Shown here piece after piece: positions 47,532-56,616 of a DNA stretch of 64,000 nt (the first letter of the stretch is position 1; every line of letters begins with the position of its first letter). The notes beneath the pieces were generated by a model. That model ran no database searches, had not been told where the DNA came from, and worked only from the letters and a program-made list of their open reading frames with translations. The stretch comes from Myxococcota bacterium (lineage in GTDB: Bacteria; Myxococcota_A; Polyangia; Nannocystales; Nannocystaceae), in the NCBI GenBank assembly GCA_039028615.1, contig JBCCHT010000029.1, forward strand, positions 32,001-96,000, read 5' to 3'. The position numbers and the translations under genes were made by a program.

Positions 47532-50500
47532 ATGGCCACTACGCCAAAGACCGGAGAGCAGGCCCAGGCCGCCTCCGGTACCGACAATTCTTCCTCGGCC
47601 CTCCCGGCTGAATCCACCCCCGCCCCCTCGACCGACGCCGCCCCCGAAGCGGAAGCCAACGCTTCTGCTGAGGAAGTCACGGCTACCGAGGTCGAGGACA
47701 TCTTCGCCGAGCCGACCGAGACGGTCACGCAAGCGGCCCCCGCCGAGCCCGAAGCGGCCCAGGATGCACCCACTCAGGCTGCGCCCGAGGTCGATGCACC
47801 CGTCGAGCCCGAAGCCGACGAAACGGCCGAGGCGTCGTCGGAGGCACCCGCCGACTCGCCGACCCAGGCCCCCGCGGAGCCCGAAGCCGAGGCCAGCGCG
47901 GAGCAGTCCACTGACTCGCCCGCCCAGACCGCGGCCGACTCGGAAGAGTCCTCCGCCGACGGTGCCGACGATTCGGCCAACTCGGACGAAGAGGCTCCCG
48001 CCGAGCCCGAGCTCCCCGCGTCGTTCACCGACCTCGACCTGCCGGACGAGATTTCCCGCGGCGTCACCACCATCGGCTGGGACAAGCCCACCGCCGTCCA
48101 GTCGCTGACCTTCGCCGCGGTGAGCGCGGGACGCGATGTGCTGGTGCAGTCGCAGACCGGCTCCGGCAAGACGGGCGCGTTCTGTCTCCCCTGGCTGGCC
48201 AAGCGCTTCGACAACACCGACGCCGCCGAAACGGGAGTCCAGCTGTTGGTGCTCACGCCCACCCGCGAGCTCGCCAAGCAGGTCTGCGACCAGCTCGAGC
48301 AGCTCGGGCAGTACACCAGCGTGCGCACCCTGCCCGTCTACGGCGGCACCGCGATGCAGCCGCAGCTGCAGGCGCTCCGCGATGGCGTGCACGCGGTCGT
48401 CGGCACCCCGGGCCGGATCCTCGACCACATTCGCCGCCGCTCGCTCAAGCTCGACAAGGTCCGCATGGCGGTCCTCGACGAGGCGGACGAGATGCTCTCG
48501 ATGGGCTTCCTCGAGGACATCCACTCGATCCTCGACGCCTGCTCCACCGAGCGCCAGACCTGCCTGTTCTCGGCCACCGTGCCCCCCGACATCGAGCGCA
48601 TCGCCCGTCGGTACATGCGCGATCCCGAGTCGGTCATGCTCTCGGGCGATCAGGTCGCCGCCGCCGAGATCAAGCACGTCTATTACCAGGTCTCCGGCAC
48701 GATCAAGGTCCGGGCGCTGCTCGACATGGTCGCGATCGAGGAGCCGCCCAACGCCCTGGTCTTCTGCAACACGCGCGAAGAGACCTACGTCGTGGCCTCG
48801 GCCCTGCGCCGCGAGGGCTGCAACGCCGAGCCCCTGTCCAGCGACCTGACCCAGGCCGCGCGCGAGAGCGTCATGGGCCGCATGCGCGCGGGGCAGCTGC
48901 GCTTCCTCGTGGCCACCGACGTGGCCAGCCGCGGCATCGACATCTCCCATATCGGGCACGTCATCAACTACTCGTTCCCGGAGAACGCCGAGAGCTACGT
49001 GCACCGCACCGGTCGTACCGGTCGAGCCGGGCGCCCGGGCGTGGCGATCAGCCTCATCGCGCCCAAGGAGATCGGCAATCACTACTACCTCAAGCTGCAG
49101 TACCCCTCGATCGTGTTCGAGGAGCGCAGCTTGCCGCCCGCCGAGGAGCTCAACGCCCAGCGGGTGCAGAACAAGCTCGACTACATCTCGCGGCTCTTCC
49201 CCGAGCTGGTGGCGCCCGAGTGGACGCTGCTGACGCGGAACCTCGTGTCCGACCCACGCGGCGAGCAGGTGGTCGCCTATCTCCTCAAAGAGGCGATGAC
49301 CCGAGTCACCCAGCGCCCGTCGGGCGACGAGGACGAGGACATGCGCCGCCCCCGAAGCGATGGCGACATGCGAGGGCGCGGCCGTCGGGATCGCGACGAC
49401 CGAGGCCGAGGCCGTGGGCGTGGCCGGTTCGATGACGAGCGTGGCGACGGTGAGCATCGACGTCGGCATCATCGGGGCGAAGGGGACGATGCCGCCGAGG
49501 GAGAGCCCCGCGGGCGGTTCGAGGAAGAGGGCGAGTCGGGCCGGTACTCCCGTCGCGGCCCTCGACGCGATGAAGAAGGCGGGCGACGCCCGCGAAGGTT
49601 CCGGGACGACTCCGGCCCGGGTGGCGAAGACGGTGATCGACGCCGCCGACGGCACCGCGACGACGAAGGGGCCGAGGACGGCGGACGACGTCGACGGCGG
49701 CACCGCGGCGACGACGAGGCCTCGGGCTCCGAAGAGGGTGAGCGTCGGCGACGGCGACACCGAGACGACGAGCGCGGGCGCGACGAGGACTCGGATCGGT
49801 CTGGCCGTCGCGGTCGACGACGCCGGGAGCGTTCATCCGAGGAAGCCGAGACTTCGTCCGCGGATGCGGAGACGGAGGCCAAGGCTCCGACCGAGGGCGA
49901 CGAGGCCGCCGAGTCGGGTGCAGAACAGGTCGCGCCCGAGCAGGAGGCCCCGCGGGAAGAAGGCCGTCGCAGCCGGGGTCGACGACGCCGCAATCGAGGG
50001 TCCGACCGGCGGGACACGGAAGACGGCGAGGGAGAACCTCGCTCGCGGCGTCGCCGTAGTCGATCGGCCGAGGCCGAGGATTCGGGGGATGCTCCGAGCG
50101 GAGAGACGGCCAGCGACGACGCTCCGAGCAGCGACGCAGAGCCCGAGCAAAGCGCCGCGCCGAGTGACGAGAGCACGACGGAACCGGCGGCCGAAGCTTC
50201 GACCGACGAGGCGGTGACGGCTGCGCCCGAGGCTACGTCGGAAGACACCGCGGAGACCGAGACCGCAGCGACGACCGAGCCGGGTGAAACCGAGGTCCAG
50301 GCCGAGGCCAGCGAGTCCGAGACGTCGACCGCCGAGGACGAGACCTCTGCCGACGCCGACGCCACCGAAGGGGCTCAAACCGCCGCCGCAGACGGCGAAG
50401 AGTCCGAGGGACGCCCCTCGGGCCGCCGACGCCGACGTCGACGTCGTCGTCGGCGCAGCGAAGGCGACGACGAAGCGGCCTCCGGCGAGCGCGATGAGGC

Positions 50501-52235
50501 AGGCGCTGCGGCCCCGACCGAGACGACGACCTCCACCCCTCCGCTGGAGCCGCTCGAGGGGGAAGACCACGGCAACACCATCGAGGCCGACGGTGAAACC
50601 GCCGACGGCGTAGAGACCGTCGAGGCCGACGCGGGGACCGAGGAGATTGCCGATCCCGGCACCATGACCGGTGTGGCTGGCCGACGTCGCCGTCGTCGCC
50701 GACGTCGACGCGGGCGTGGTCGTGGCGAAGACGAGGGGGAAAGCTCCACCGAAGGACGCGAGTCCGCCGAGGGCTCGGAGGCCGCCGCCGATGGCGAAGC
50801 TGCACCCAACGACTCCAACGAGGAGCAGCCCGAAGGAGACGGCAAGCGCCGTCGTCGTCGACGTCGCGGTGGTCGCCGTCGCTCCGGCCGCGGAGGCGAA
50901 GGCCGCGACTCCGAGGGCCGTTCGGCCGAGGTGGCCCCCGCTCCCATCGCGCCGCACGTCTCTCAAGAAGAGATCGTCATCGACATCGACGAGGCTGAGC
51001 TGGACGTCGTGCGAGACGAGTTCGGTGAGATCGACGAACTCGACGAGCTGACCCTCAAGGGGCGCCGCCGGGGCGTCATGGAGTCGCTGCAAGACGAGGT
51101 CGAACTCGAGGACCTGTCCGACGCGGATGCCGAGGCGGCCGCGAAACAAGAAGCCAGCGAGGACGAAGAGGCCGATGACGAGGCGGGTGAAGAGACCGCG
51201 GGCGACGAGGCCAAGGACGAGGACGATGCGTCGTCCGAGGACGGCGAAGCGGCCACCGAAGGCGCGGAGGCCGAGGACCCGCGCGAAGCCAAGAAGCGCA
51301 AGCGTCGACGACGACGTCGTCGCAAGAAGCCGGCTCCGCCCCCGCCCGAGCTCACCGCCCCGCCGCACAAGGATTTCTGGGAAGTCTGGGCCGGCAAGTT
51401 CACCTATCAAGACTTCGAGGACGACGTGTACTTGGGCGGCACCGCGGCGGTGGTCGAGGAGCCCGAGCCCGCCCCCGCGCCCCCTCCCCCGTCGATGCCC
51501 GCCATCGAGGACGAGGACACCTTCGTGCGCGTGCGCCTGAACATCGGGCGTAAGCACGGCAAGAAGGCCGCCCACATTCGCGAGCTGCTCGCAGAGAGCT
51601 TTGGGCTCGCCCGCAAGGCCGTTCGCGATCTGACGGTCGGCGAAGCCAGCTCCCGGTTCCGACTGGGTTCCAAGGCCCTGACCAAGCTCGAGGAACTCGT
51701 CGAGGGCTTCGTTCTCGAGGGACACGCGCTGACCGTGACGCGCATCGAGCCCAAGGGTGAGAGCAAGGCCAAGGCGGACAAGTCGAAGGCCAAGGCTGCC
51801 GACAAAGCGAGCGCGGAGCCGAAGGAGGCCAGCCCCGCCGAGGAGGCGAGCGCCGAGCCCGAGGCTGGTGCGGCCGCCGAAGCGGAGACCGAGGCAGCGC
51901 CCGCCCTCGACGCTCCGACCGAACGCAGCGACGACGCTCCCGAGGCGGTCGCGGCCGAGCCGACCGAGGAGTCCGCAGCCGCGGCCGAGGTCGCCCAGGC
52001 GCCCGTAGAGCCGGCCGTCGAGGCCGAGGCTACCGAAGCCGATGCTCCCGCGGATCCCGAGCCCGAACCGGCTCAGGAAGCCGAGGCCGCGGCCGAGGTC
52101 ACCCAGGCTCCGGTCGACGACGCTGCCGCCGAGCCCGTCGAGGACGAAGCCGCTGCAACCGAGCCCGCCGAGGCGGACTCTCCCGTGCAGCAGGACGACG
52201 AAGCGGCGGAGCCCGACCAGAGCGCAGCGAAATGA
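47532..52235 (+). CDS. DEAD-box RNA helicase (DeaD/CsdA-like) with DbpA-type RNA-binding domain and very long disordered extensions, 1567 aa
   Basis: Q motif, QTGSGKT, PTRELA, TPGR, DEAD, SAT, LVFCNTR, TDVASRGID and HRTGRTGR. C-terminal VRLNIGRKHG...I..LL....GL....V RBD-like segment. Confidence 0.92.
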   Translation: MATTPKTGEQAQAASGTDNSSSALPAESTPAPSTDAAPEAEANASAEEVTATEVEDIFAEPTETVTQAAPAEPEAAQDAPTQAAPEVDAPVEPEADETAEASSEAPADSPTQAPAEPEAEASAEQSTDSPAQTAADSEESSADGADDSANSDEEAPAEPELPASFTDLDLPDEISRGVTTIGWDKPTAVQSLTFAAVSAGRDVLVQSQTGSGKTGAFCLPWLAKRFDNTDAAETGVQLLVLTPTRELAKQVCDQLEQLGQYTSVRTLPVYGGTAMQPQLQALRDGVHAVVGTPGRILDHIRRRSLKLDKVRMAVLDEADEMLSMGFLEDIHSILDACSTERQTCLFSATVPPDIERIARRYMRDPESVMLSGDQVAAAEIKHVYYQVSGTIKVRALLDMVAIEEPPNALVFCNTREETYVVASALRREGCNAEPLSSDLTQAARESVMGRMRAGQLRFLVATDVASRGIDISHIGHVINYSFPENAESYVHRTGRTGRAGRPGVAISLIAPKEIGNHYYLKLQYPSIVFEERSLPPAEELNAQRVQNKLDYISRLFPELVAPEWTLLTRNLVSDPRGEQVVAYLLKEAMTRVTQRPSGDEDEDMRRPRSDGDMRGRGRRDRDDRGRGRGRGRFDDERGDGEHRRRHHRGEGDDAAEGEPRGRFEEEGESGRYSRRGPRRDEEGGRRPRRFRDDSGPGGEDGDRRRRRHRDDEGAEDGGRRRRRHRGDDEASGSEEGERRRRRHRDDERGRDEDSDRSGRRGRRRRERSSEEAETSSADAETEAKAPTEGDEAAESGAEQVAPEQEAPREEGRRSRGRRRRNRGSDRRDTEDGEGEPRSRRRRSRSAEAEDSGDAPSGETASDDAPSSDAEPEQSAAPSDESTTEPAAEASTDEAVTAAPEATSEDTAETETAATTEPGETEVQAEASESETSTAEDETSADADATEGAQTAAADGEESEGRPSGRRRRRRRRRRRSEGDDEAASGERDEAGAAAPTETTTSTPPLEPLEGEDHGNTIEADGETADGVETVEADAGTEEIADPGTMTGVAGRRRRRRRRRRGRGRGEDEGESSTEGRESAEGSEAAADGEAAPNDSNEEQPEGDGKRRRRRRRGGRRRSGRGGEGRDSEGRSAEVAPAPIAPHVSQEEIVIDIDEAELDVVRDEFGEIDELDELTLKGRRRGVMESLQDEVELEDLSDADAEAAAKQEASEDEEADDEAGEETAGDEAKDEDDASSEDGEAATEGAEAEDPREAKKRKRRRRRRRKKPAPPPPELTAPPHKDFWEVWAGKFTYQDFEDDVYLGGTAAVVEEPEPAPAPPPPSMPAIEDEDTFVRVRLNIGRKHGKKAAHIRELLAESFGLARKAVRDLTVGEASSRFRLGSKALTKLEELVEGFVLEGHALTVTRIEPKGESKAKADKSKAKAADKASAEPKEASPAEEASAEPEAGAAAEAETEAAPALDAPTERSDDAPEAVAAEPTEESAAAAEVAQAPVEPAVEAEATEADAPADPEPEPAQEAEAAAEVTQAPVDDAAAEPVEDEAAATEPAEADSPVQQDDEAAEPDQSAAK

Positions 52236-53176
52236 ACGAGCACGCGCTGGCGCCCTACCGGTCGCCCGAGCAGCGTCGCGCCGCCCTGCGCGACGCTGCC
52301 CTCGCGGCCGGAGGCGAGCTGGTGCCCTACGGTCAGAGCGTCGATGGTGAGGCGCTCGAGGCCGTGCGCGTGCCTTGCTCGACCCCGGACGCCCCGCGGG
52401 TGATGTGCTCGGCCAACATTCACGGACCCGAGTGGATTGGCTGCGAGCTCGCCCTCGCTCTGCTGCGTGCCCGCGGTGAGGCCGACTCATCCGCGCATGC
52501 CCTGGGCCAACGCGTAGAGCTTTGGGTCATCCCCTGCCTCAATCCCGACGGCTATCGACGCACCTGGGAGCAGCACGGCGTGGGCCCCCTGTCCGACCTG
52601 CGTACGAACGCCAACGGCGTCGACCTGAATCGCAACTACCCGTTACCCGGTGGTGCTCGACGACGAGCGTTGCCCGGTGCCGGCTCGAAGACCCCGGGGG
52701 ATGCGACCTACGCCGGATCCGCCCCGCTGTCGGAACCAGAGACCGCCGCCTTCGATCGGCTCTGCGCCGAGCAGCGCTTTCACGCCAGCACCAACTGTCA
52801 CTCGTTCATGGGCACGCTGATCCCGGCGCGGGTCACCGATCGTGCGTGTTTCCGTCGCTACAAGCAGCTGTGCCGCGCGTTCTTTGATGCCCAACCGAAG
52901 CGCCGCTACCGGAGGCTCTCGGCGCGGGTCTTCGACGTGTTCACCGGAGAGCAGGAAGACCACCAGCACCACGTGCACGACACCTGGGCGGTCTGTGTCG
53001 AGACGCTGCCCGTGCTGGCCAGCTATCGCCAGCACCTGCGGGCGCCTTCGACGTTCTGGCGCTTCAATCCCCATCAGCCGCAGGCATGGATCGACAACGA
53101 CCTGCCCGGGCTCGTCGCGTGGCTGAGTGCGGCCATCGACGTTCCTCGCCCGTCGGCGGTGGCAAGCCGAGCCTGA
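52232..53176 (+). CDS. M14-family zinc carboxypeptidase
   Basis: ANIHGPEW, IP.LNPDG, R.NANGVDLNRNYP, P.SEPET, HSF and catalytic VE. Confidence 0.9.
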   Translation: MNEHALAPYRSPEQRRAALRDAALAAGGELVPYGQSVDGEALEAVRVPCSTPDAPRVMCSANIHGPEWIGCELALALLRARGEADSSAHALGQRVELWVIPCLNPDGYRRTWEQHGVGPLSDLRTNANGVDLNRNYPLPGGARRRALPGAGSKTPGDATYAGSAPLSEPETAAFDRLCAEQRFHASTNCHSFMGTLIPARVTDRACFRRYKQLCRAFFDAQPKRRYRRLSARVFDVFTGEQEDHQHHVHDTWAVCVETLPVLASYRQHLRAPSTFWRFNPHQPQAWIDNDLPGLVAWLSAAIDVPRPSAVASRA

Positions 53177-53302
53177 GTGGGCCGCGCCGACCACCCACGG
53201 TGACCCAGGCCACCCGGCCGTGTGTCGTCTCGCTCCCCCGGATTCGGCCTTGCAGGCTGAATCCGAGACATTCGTCGTGAGGTGCCCTGAGATTCCTCTT
53301 TT

Positions 53303-53325
53303 TTGATTTTGACTTCCTTTTTCAA
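53303..53325 (+). promoter_or_regulatory. Fur-box-like AT-rich palindrome upstream of the RCC1-DHOR pair
   Basis: TTGATTTTGACTTCCTTTTTCAA (TTGA...TCAA); the inner 19-mer matches GATAATGATAATCATTATC at 11-12 of 19 positions, 20 nt before the ATG. Confidence 0.5.
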
Positions 53326-53344
53326 TTGAGTCATATCGGGCGAA

Positions 53345-55066
53345 ATGACTCGTCGCCCTCCCCCAGGTCTGCGTTGGTCTCTTCTCGGCCTCGGCCTCAG
53401 CCTGGCGTCGCCCGCATGTGGTGACGACACGAGCGACGGCAACGACCCCACCGACGCTACAACGACCACCACCGCGGGCACCGAACCGACCAGCGCCGAG
53501 GGGCCCCCCACCCCAGGCGACTCCAGCACGTCGATCGATCCCGACGATTCGACCACCGGCGCTCCCGTGACCGACACCGGGGCCAGCAGTAGCGAGACCG
53601 GTGCTGGTGACGACGAGCCCCCGCTGCTCGTGATCGAGTCCCCGCGCTCTGGCGCCACCGTGCCGGTTCGGCGTGTGCTCGTCACCGGTACCGTCGCCGA
53701 CGAGCAGTCAGGCCTCGCAGAACTGGCCTACGACGGCCCGGCCGGGCCCGAGGCGATCGACGTACAGGGTGACGGGAGCTTCAGCGCAGCGATCGAGCCG
53801 CCGCCAGGGCCCTCGACCCACCACTTCACGGCCACCGACAACGCCGGCAACACGACCGAGGTCGAGGTCGACGTGTACTTCGGTCACCGCGTCGGCGTCG
53901 GCAACTCTCAGGCCGCGTACCTTCGCGAGGGCACGCTGTTCAGCTGGGGCCGCAACGAACTCGGTCAGCTCGGCAACGGCACCCTGGAAGGATCGGGCTG
54001 GGGCGACGATCCGGAGACCTCCAGCCTCCCGGTACGCTACGAGATCGAGGTCGAAGACCTGGTCAGCATCGTGACCCGCCAGACCTTCATGGTCGGGCTC
54101 CGCGACGACGGCTCGGTGCTGACCTGGGGAAGCGGCGCGGCCGGACAGCTCGGTTACGAGGCGAACCCGGACTGCGGCAACTCGGGCACCAGCCCGTGCA
54201 GCCGCACGCCGACCGTGGTCGCCGGGCTCAGCGATGTCGTGGCGATCGGAGCAGGCTTCGAACACACCCTGGTGCTCGATGCCGACGGTATGGTCTGGAC
54301 CTTCGGCGACAACGAGTACGGACAGCTCGGCGATCCCAGTGCCCCGGCGACGCGTATGACCCCGACGATGGTTCCCGCCCTGGCCGACATCATCCAAGTC
54401 GCTGCCGCCTCGCACGCGTCCTACGCATTGACCGAGGCGGGGGACGTCTACGCCTGGGGGGAGAACGACCGCGGCCAGCTGGGGCTCGGCACGACCGACG
54501 ATGGTGCCAACCCGACGCCCATGCTCGTGGACGGTCTCGACGACGTCGTCCAGCTCGCCGCCGCGAACACCACGACCTATGCCTTGCGTGTTGACGGCAC
54601 GGTATGGGCCTGGGGACGTAACCACGCCGGCCAGGCGGGCATCGGGGATCCGAGTGGTGCGGACGTCCTCGAGCCGACGATGGTGGTCGACGAAGCCGGC
54701 CGTCCCCTGACGGACATCGTCGCCGTGAGCGGCGATGGTTTCGTCGGTCTTGCTCTCGACCGAGACGGCCAGGTGCACGCCTGGGGCTTCGGGTTCCTCG
54801 GGCAGCTCGGCCAGGGGTATACCGACGGAGGTGAGCGCGACCTCGAGGATCGAGTCTTCGCATCCCCGGTCGCGGTATCTGCTCGACAAGCCGAGGCCTT
54901 CGACATCCTGGAAATCGAAGTCGGAGCCGGGGGCCCGGCCCTCGCCCTGAGCGCAGACGGGAACCTGTTCGGATGGGGCTGGAGCTTCCAGGGATCTTTG
55001 GGCCTCGAAGGGGCGATCAACGCATGGGCCTACAGCGCACCGGTCCTCGTCTTCGCCGCCGACTAG
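53345..55066 (+). CDS. RCC1-repeat beta-propeller lipoprotein with Ig-like domain
   Basis: Signal ending SPAC, a Thr/Ser linker and an Ig-like segment (V.GTV.D...ATDNAGNT). Repeated (S/A)WG.N..GQLG motifs. Confidence 0.88.
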   Translation: MTRRPPPGLRWSLLGLGLSLASPACGDDTSDGNDPTDATTTTTAGTEPTSAEGPPTPGDSSTSIDPDDSTTGAPVTDTGASSSETGAGDDEPPLLVIESPRSGATVPVRRVLVTGTVADEQSGLAELAYDGPAGPEAIDVQGDGSFSAAIEPPPGPSTHHFTATDNAGNTTEVEVDVYFGHRVGVGNSQAAYLREGTLFSWGRNELGQLGNGTLEGSGWGDDPETSSLPVRYEIEVEDLVSIVTRQTFMVGLRDDGSVLTWGSGAAGQLGYEANPDCGNSGTSPCSRTPTVVAGLSDVVAIGAGFEHTLVLDADGMVWTFGDNEYGQLGDPSAPATRMTPTMVPALADIIQVAAASHASYALTEAGDVYAWGENDRGQLGLGTTDDGANPTPMLVDGLDDVVQLAAANTTTYALRVDGTVWAWGRNHAGQAGIGDPSGADVLEPTMVVDEAGRPLTDIVAVSGDGFVGLALDRDGQVHAWGFGFLGQLGQGYTDGGERDLEDRVFASPVAVSARQAEAFDILEIEVGAGGPALALSADGNLFGWGWSFQGSLGLEGAINAWAYSAPVLVFAAD

Positions 55067-56550
55067 TGCCCCTCGGAGCCCTGCTGTTCGGCGCAGCGCC
55101 GCTGGCCTGCAGCCCCGCTCCCACCCCGTCGATGCCGCTCGCGAGCACGGGCGGCAGCGAGGATTCGACGTCGACGACCACCCCGGGGCTGACGAGCGAG
55201 CAGACCTCGAGCGGTGAAGGCGACACCACGGGCGTGGGTTCCTCGGGGGGCGAGCCCGAAGACGTACCCCCGGCCGAGCTCGAGCCCGGTGAACTCCGCC
55301 CCGGCGGCGAGACCACGACGGACGAGCTCGGCGTCGGAGCCTTCTTGCAACGCGCGGCCAACCTCTCGCTCGGCAACGGCGGTGCGTTCGAGGCCGGCTT
55401 GCAGTTCTTCCAGTTGGTCTGGGAGGTCGCGCCTTCGACCCCCGAACTCGATGGCCTGGGGCCGACCTTCAACGCGCGTTCGTGCCTCGAGTGTCACATC
55501 CGCAACGGGCGAGGCCCGACCGCCATCGAAGACCCCGCCACCCCGGCCGTGCTCATCCGACTCGCCGACGCCTCCGGGGCGGCGGATCCCGCCCTGGGTG
55601 CTCAACTCCAGCCGTTGAGCATTCCTGGGGTTCCCGGCGAGGGATCCGTGACTTGGGCGGAGCAGGCCTTCGATGAAATCGAGGTCGACGGCGGAGTCAT
55701 CGAACGGGTTCTGCTCATCCCCACGGTGACGCCTCGAGCCCTCGGGGCCCCCTCGCGCGGGACGCTGGCGTCGGCACGCGTGTCGATGCAGCTGGTCGGC
55801 CAAGGCCTGCTGGAGGCCATCGACCCGTCGTCCATCGAAGCGCTGGCGGACCCGGACGACGATGATGGCGATGGCATCTCCGGTCGGACCGCGTCGCTTC
55901 GGGGCGGGGCCCTCGGTCGATTTGGATGGAAGGCGGGTCAACCCACCGTCCGTCACCAGACCGCAGCCGCGTTCCTCGGTGACCTGGGGATTACCAGCGA
56001 ACTCGGCCCCACGAACAATTGCCCGCCCGTCCAGGCCGAGTGTGCAGCGGCGCCGACGGGAGGGGAGCCCGAGCTGACCGAGACCCGGCTCGACGTGACC
56101 GCGGCGTACGTGCGGCTGCTCGGTGTCCCCGCCCGGCGCGACGGCGACGACATCGAGGTGCGGCGAGGCAAGACGCTCTTTCATCAGCTCGGCTGCGCGA
56201 GCTGCCACCATCCCTCCTTCGTGACCGGGATGGCGGCGGAGTCGGAACTCGAGAGTCAGACCATCTGGCCGTACACCGATCTGCTCCTGCACGACATGGG
56301 CTCGGAGCTCGCCCAGGGCGGTCCCGAAGGCGACGCGGCGGCGTCGGAGTGGAGAACCCCGCCGCTGTGGAGCTTGGGCCTGCTGGAGACGGTGGGCGGC
56401 AGTCGCCGGTTGCTTCACGATGGTCGCGCCCGCTCGCTCGAAGAAGCCATCGCGTGGCATGGTGGCGAGGCCGCGGCGTCTCGGGACGCGTACCTCGAGC
56501 TTCCAGCCCTCAACCGGGCCCGGCTGCACGCATTCATCGACTCCCTCTGA
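55066..56550 (+). CDS. Di-haem oxidoreductase (DHOR/DUF1111 family) lipoprotein
   Basis: DGLGP.FNA.SCLECH..NGRG, G.GLLEAI, DP.D.DGDGISGR, GRFGWKA, CASCH, IWPYTDLLLHDMG, EWRTPPLW and LLHDGRAR...EAI.WHGGEA. GTG 55066 overlaps the upstream stop. Confidence 0.92.
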   Translation: MPLGALLFGAAPLACSPAPTPSMPLASTGGSEDSTSTTTPGLTSEQTSSGEGDTTGVGSSGGEPEDVPPAELEPGELRPGGETTTDELGVGAFLQRAANLSLGNGGAFEAGLQFFQLVWEVAPSTPELDGLGPTFNARSCLECHIRNGRGPTAIEDPATPAVLIRLADASGAADPALGAQLQPLSIPGVPGEGSVTWAEQAFDEIEVDGGVIERVLLIPTVTPRALGAPSRGTLASARVSMQLVGQGLLEAIDPSSIEALADPDDDDGDGISGRTASLRGGALGRFGWKAGQPTVRHQTAAAFLGDLGITSELGPTNNCPPVQAECAAAPTGGEPELTETRLDVTAAYVRLLGVPARRDGDDIEVRRGKTLFHQLGCASCHHPSFVTGMAAESELESQTIWPYTDLLLHDMGSELAQGGPEGDAAASEWRTPPLWSLGLLETVGGSRRLLHDGRARSLEEAIAWHGGEAAASRDAYLELPALNRARLHAFIDSL

Positions 56551-56616
56551 ACGACGACGGGGCCGCCCCGTAAAGGTGGCGACCCCGTTCGATGAGGACC
56601 CGGTTCAGTGCCGCGG

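Noticed and set aside
49833..52490. 885-aa minus-strand ORF and repetitive DNA in the helicase tail as a possible CRISPR or repeat array
   Set aside because: The repeats are codon-level low complexity within a coding region, with no constant repeat-spacer period and no cas genes.
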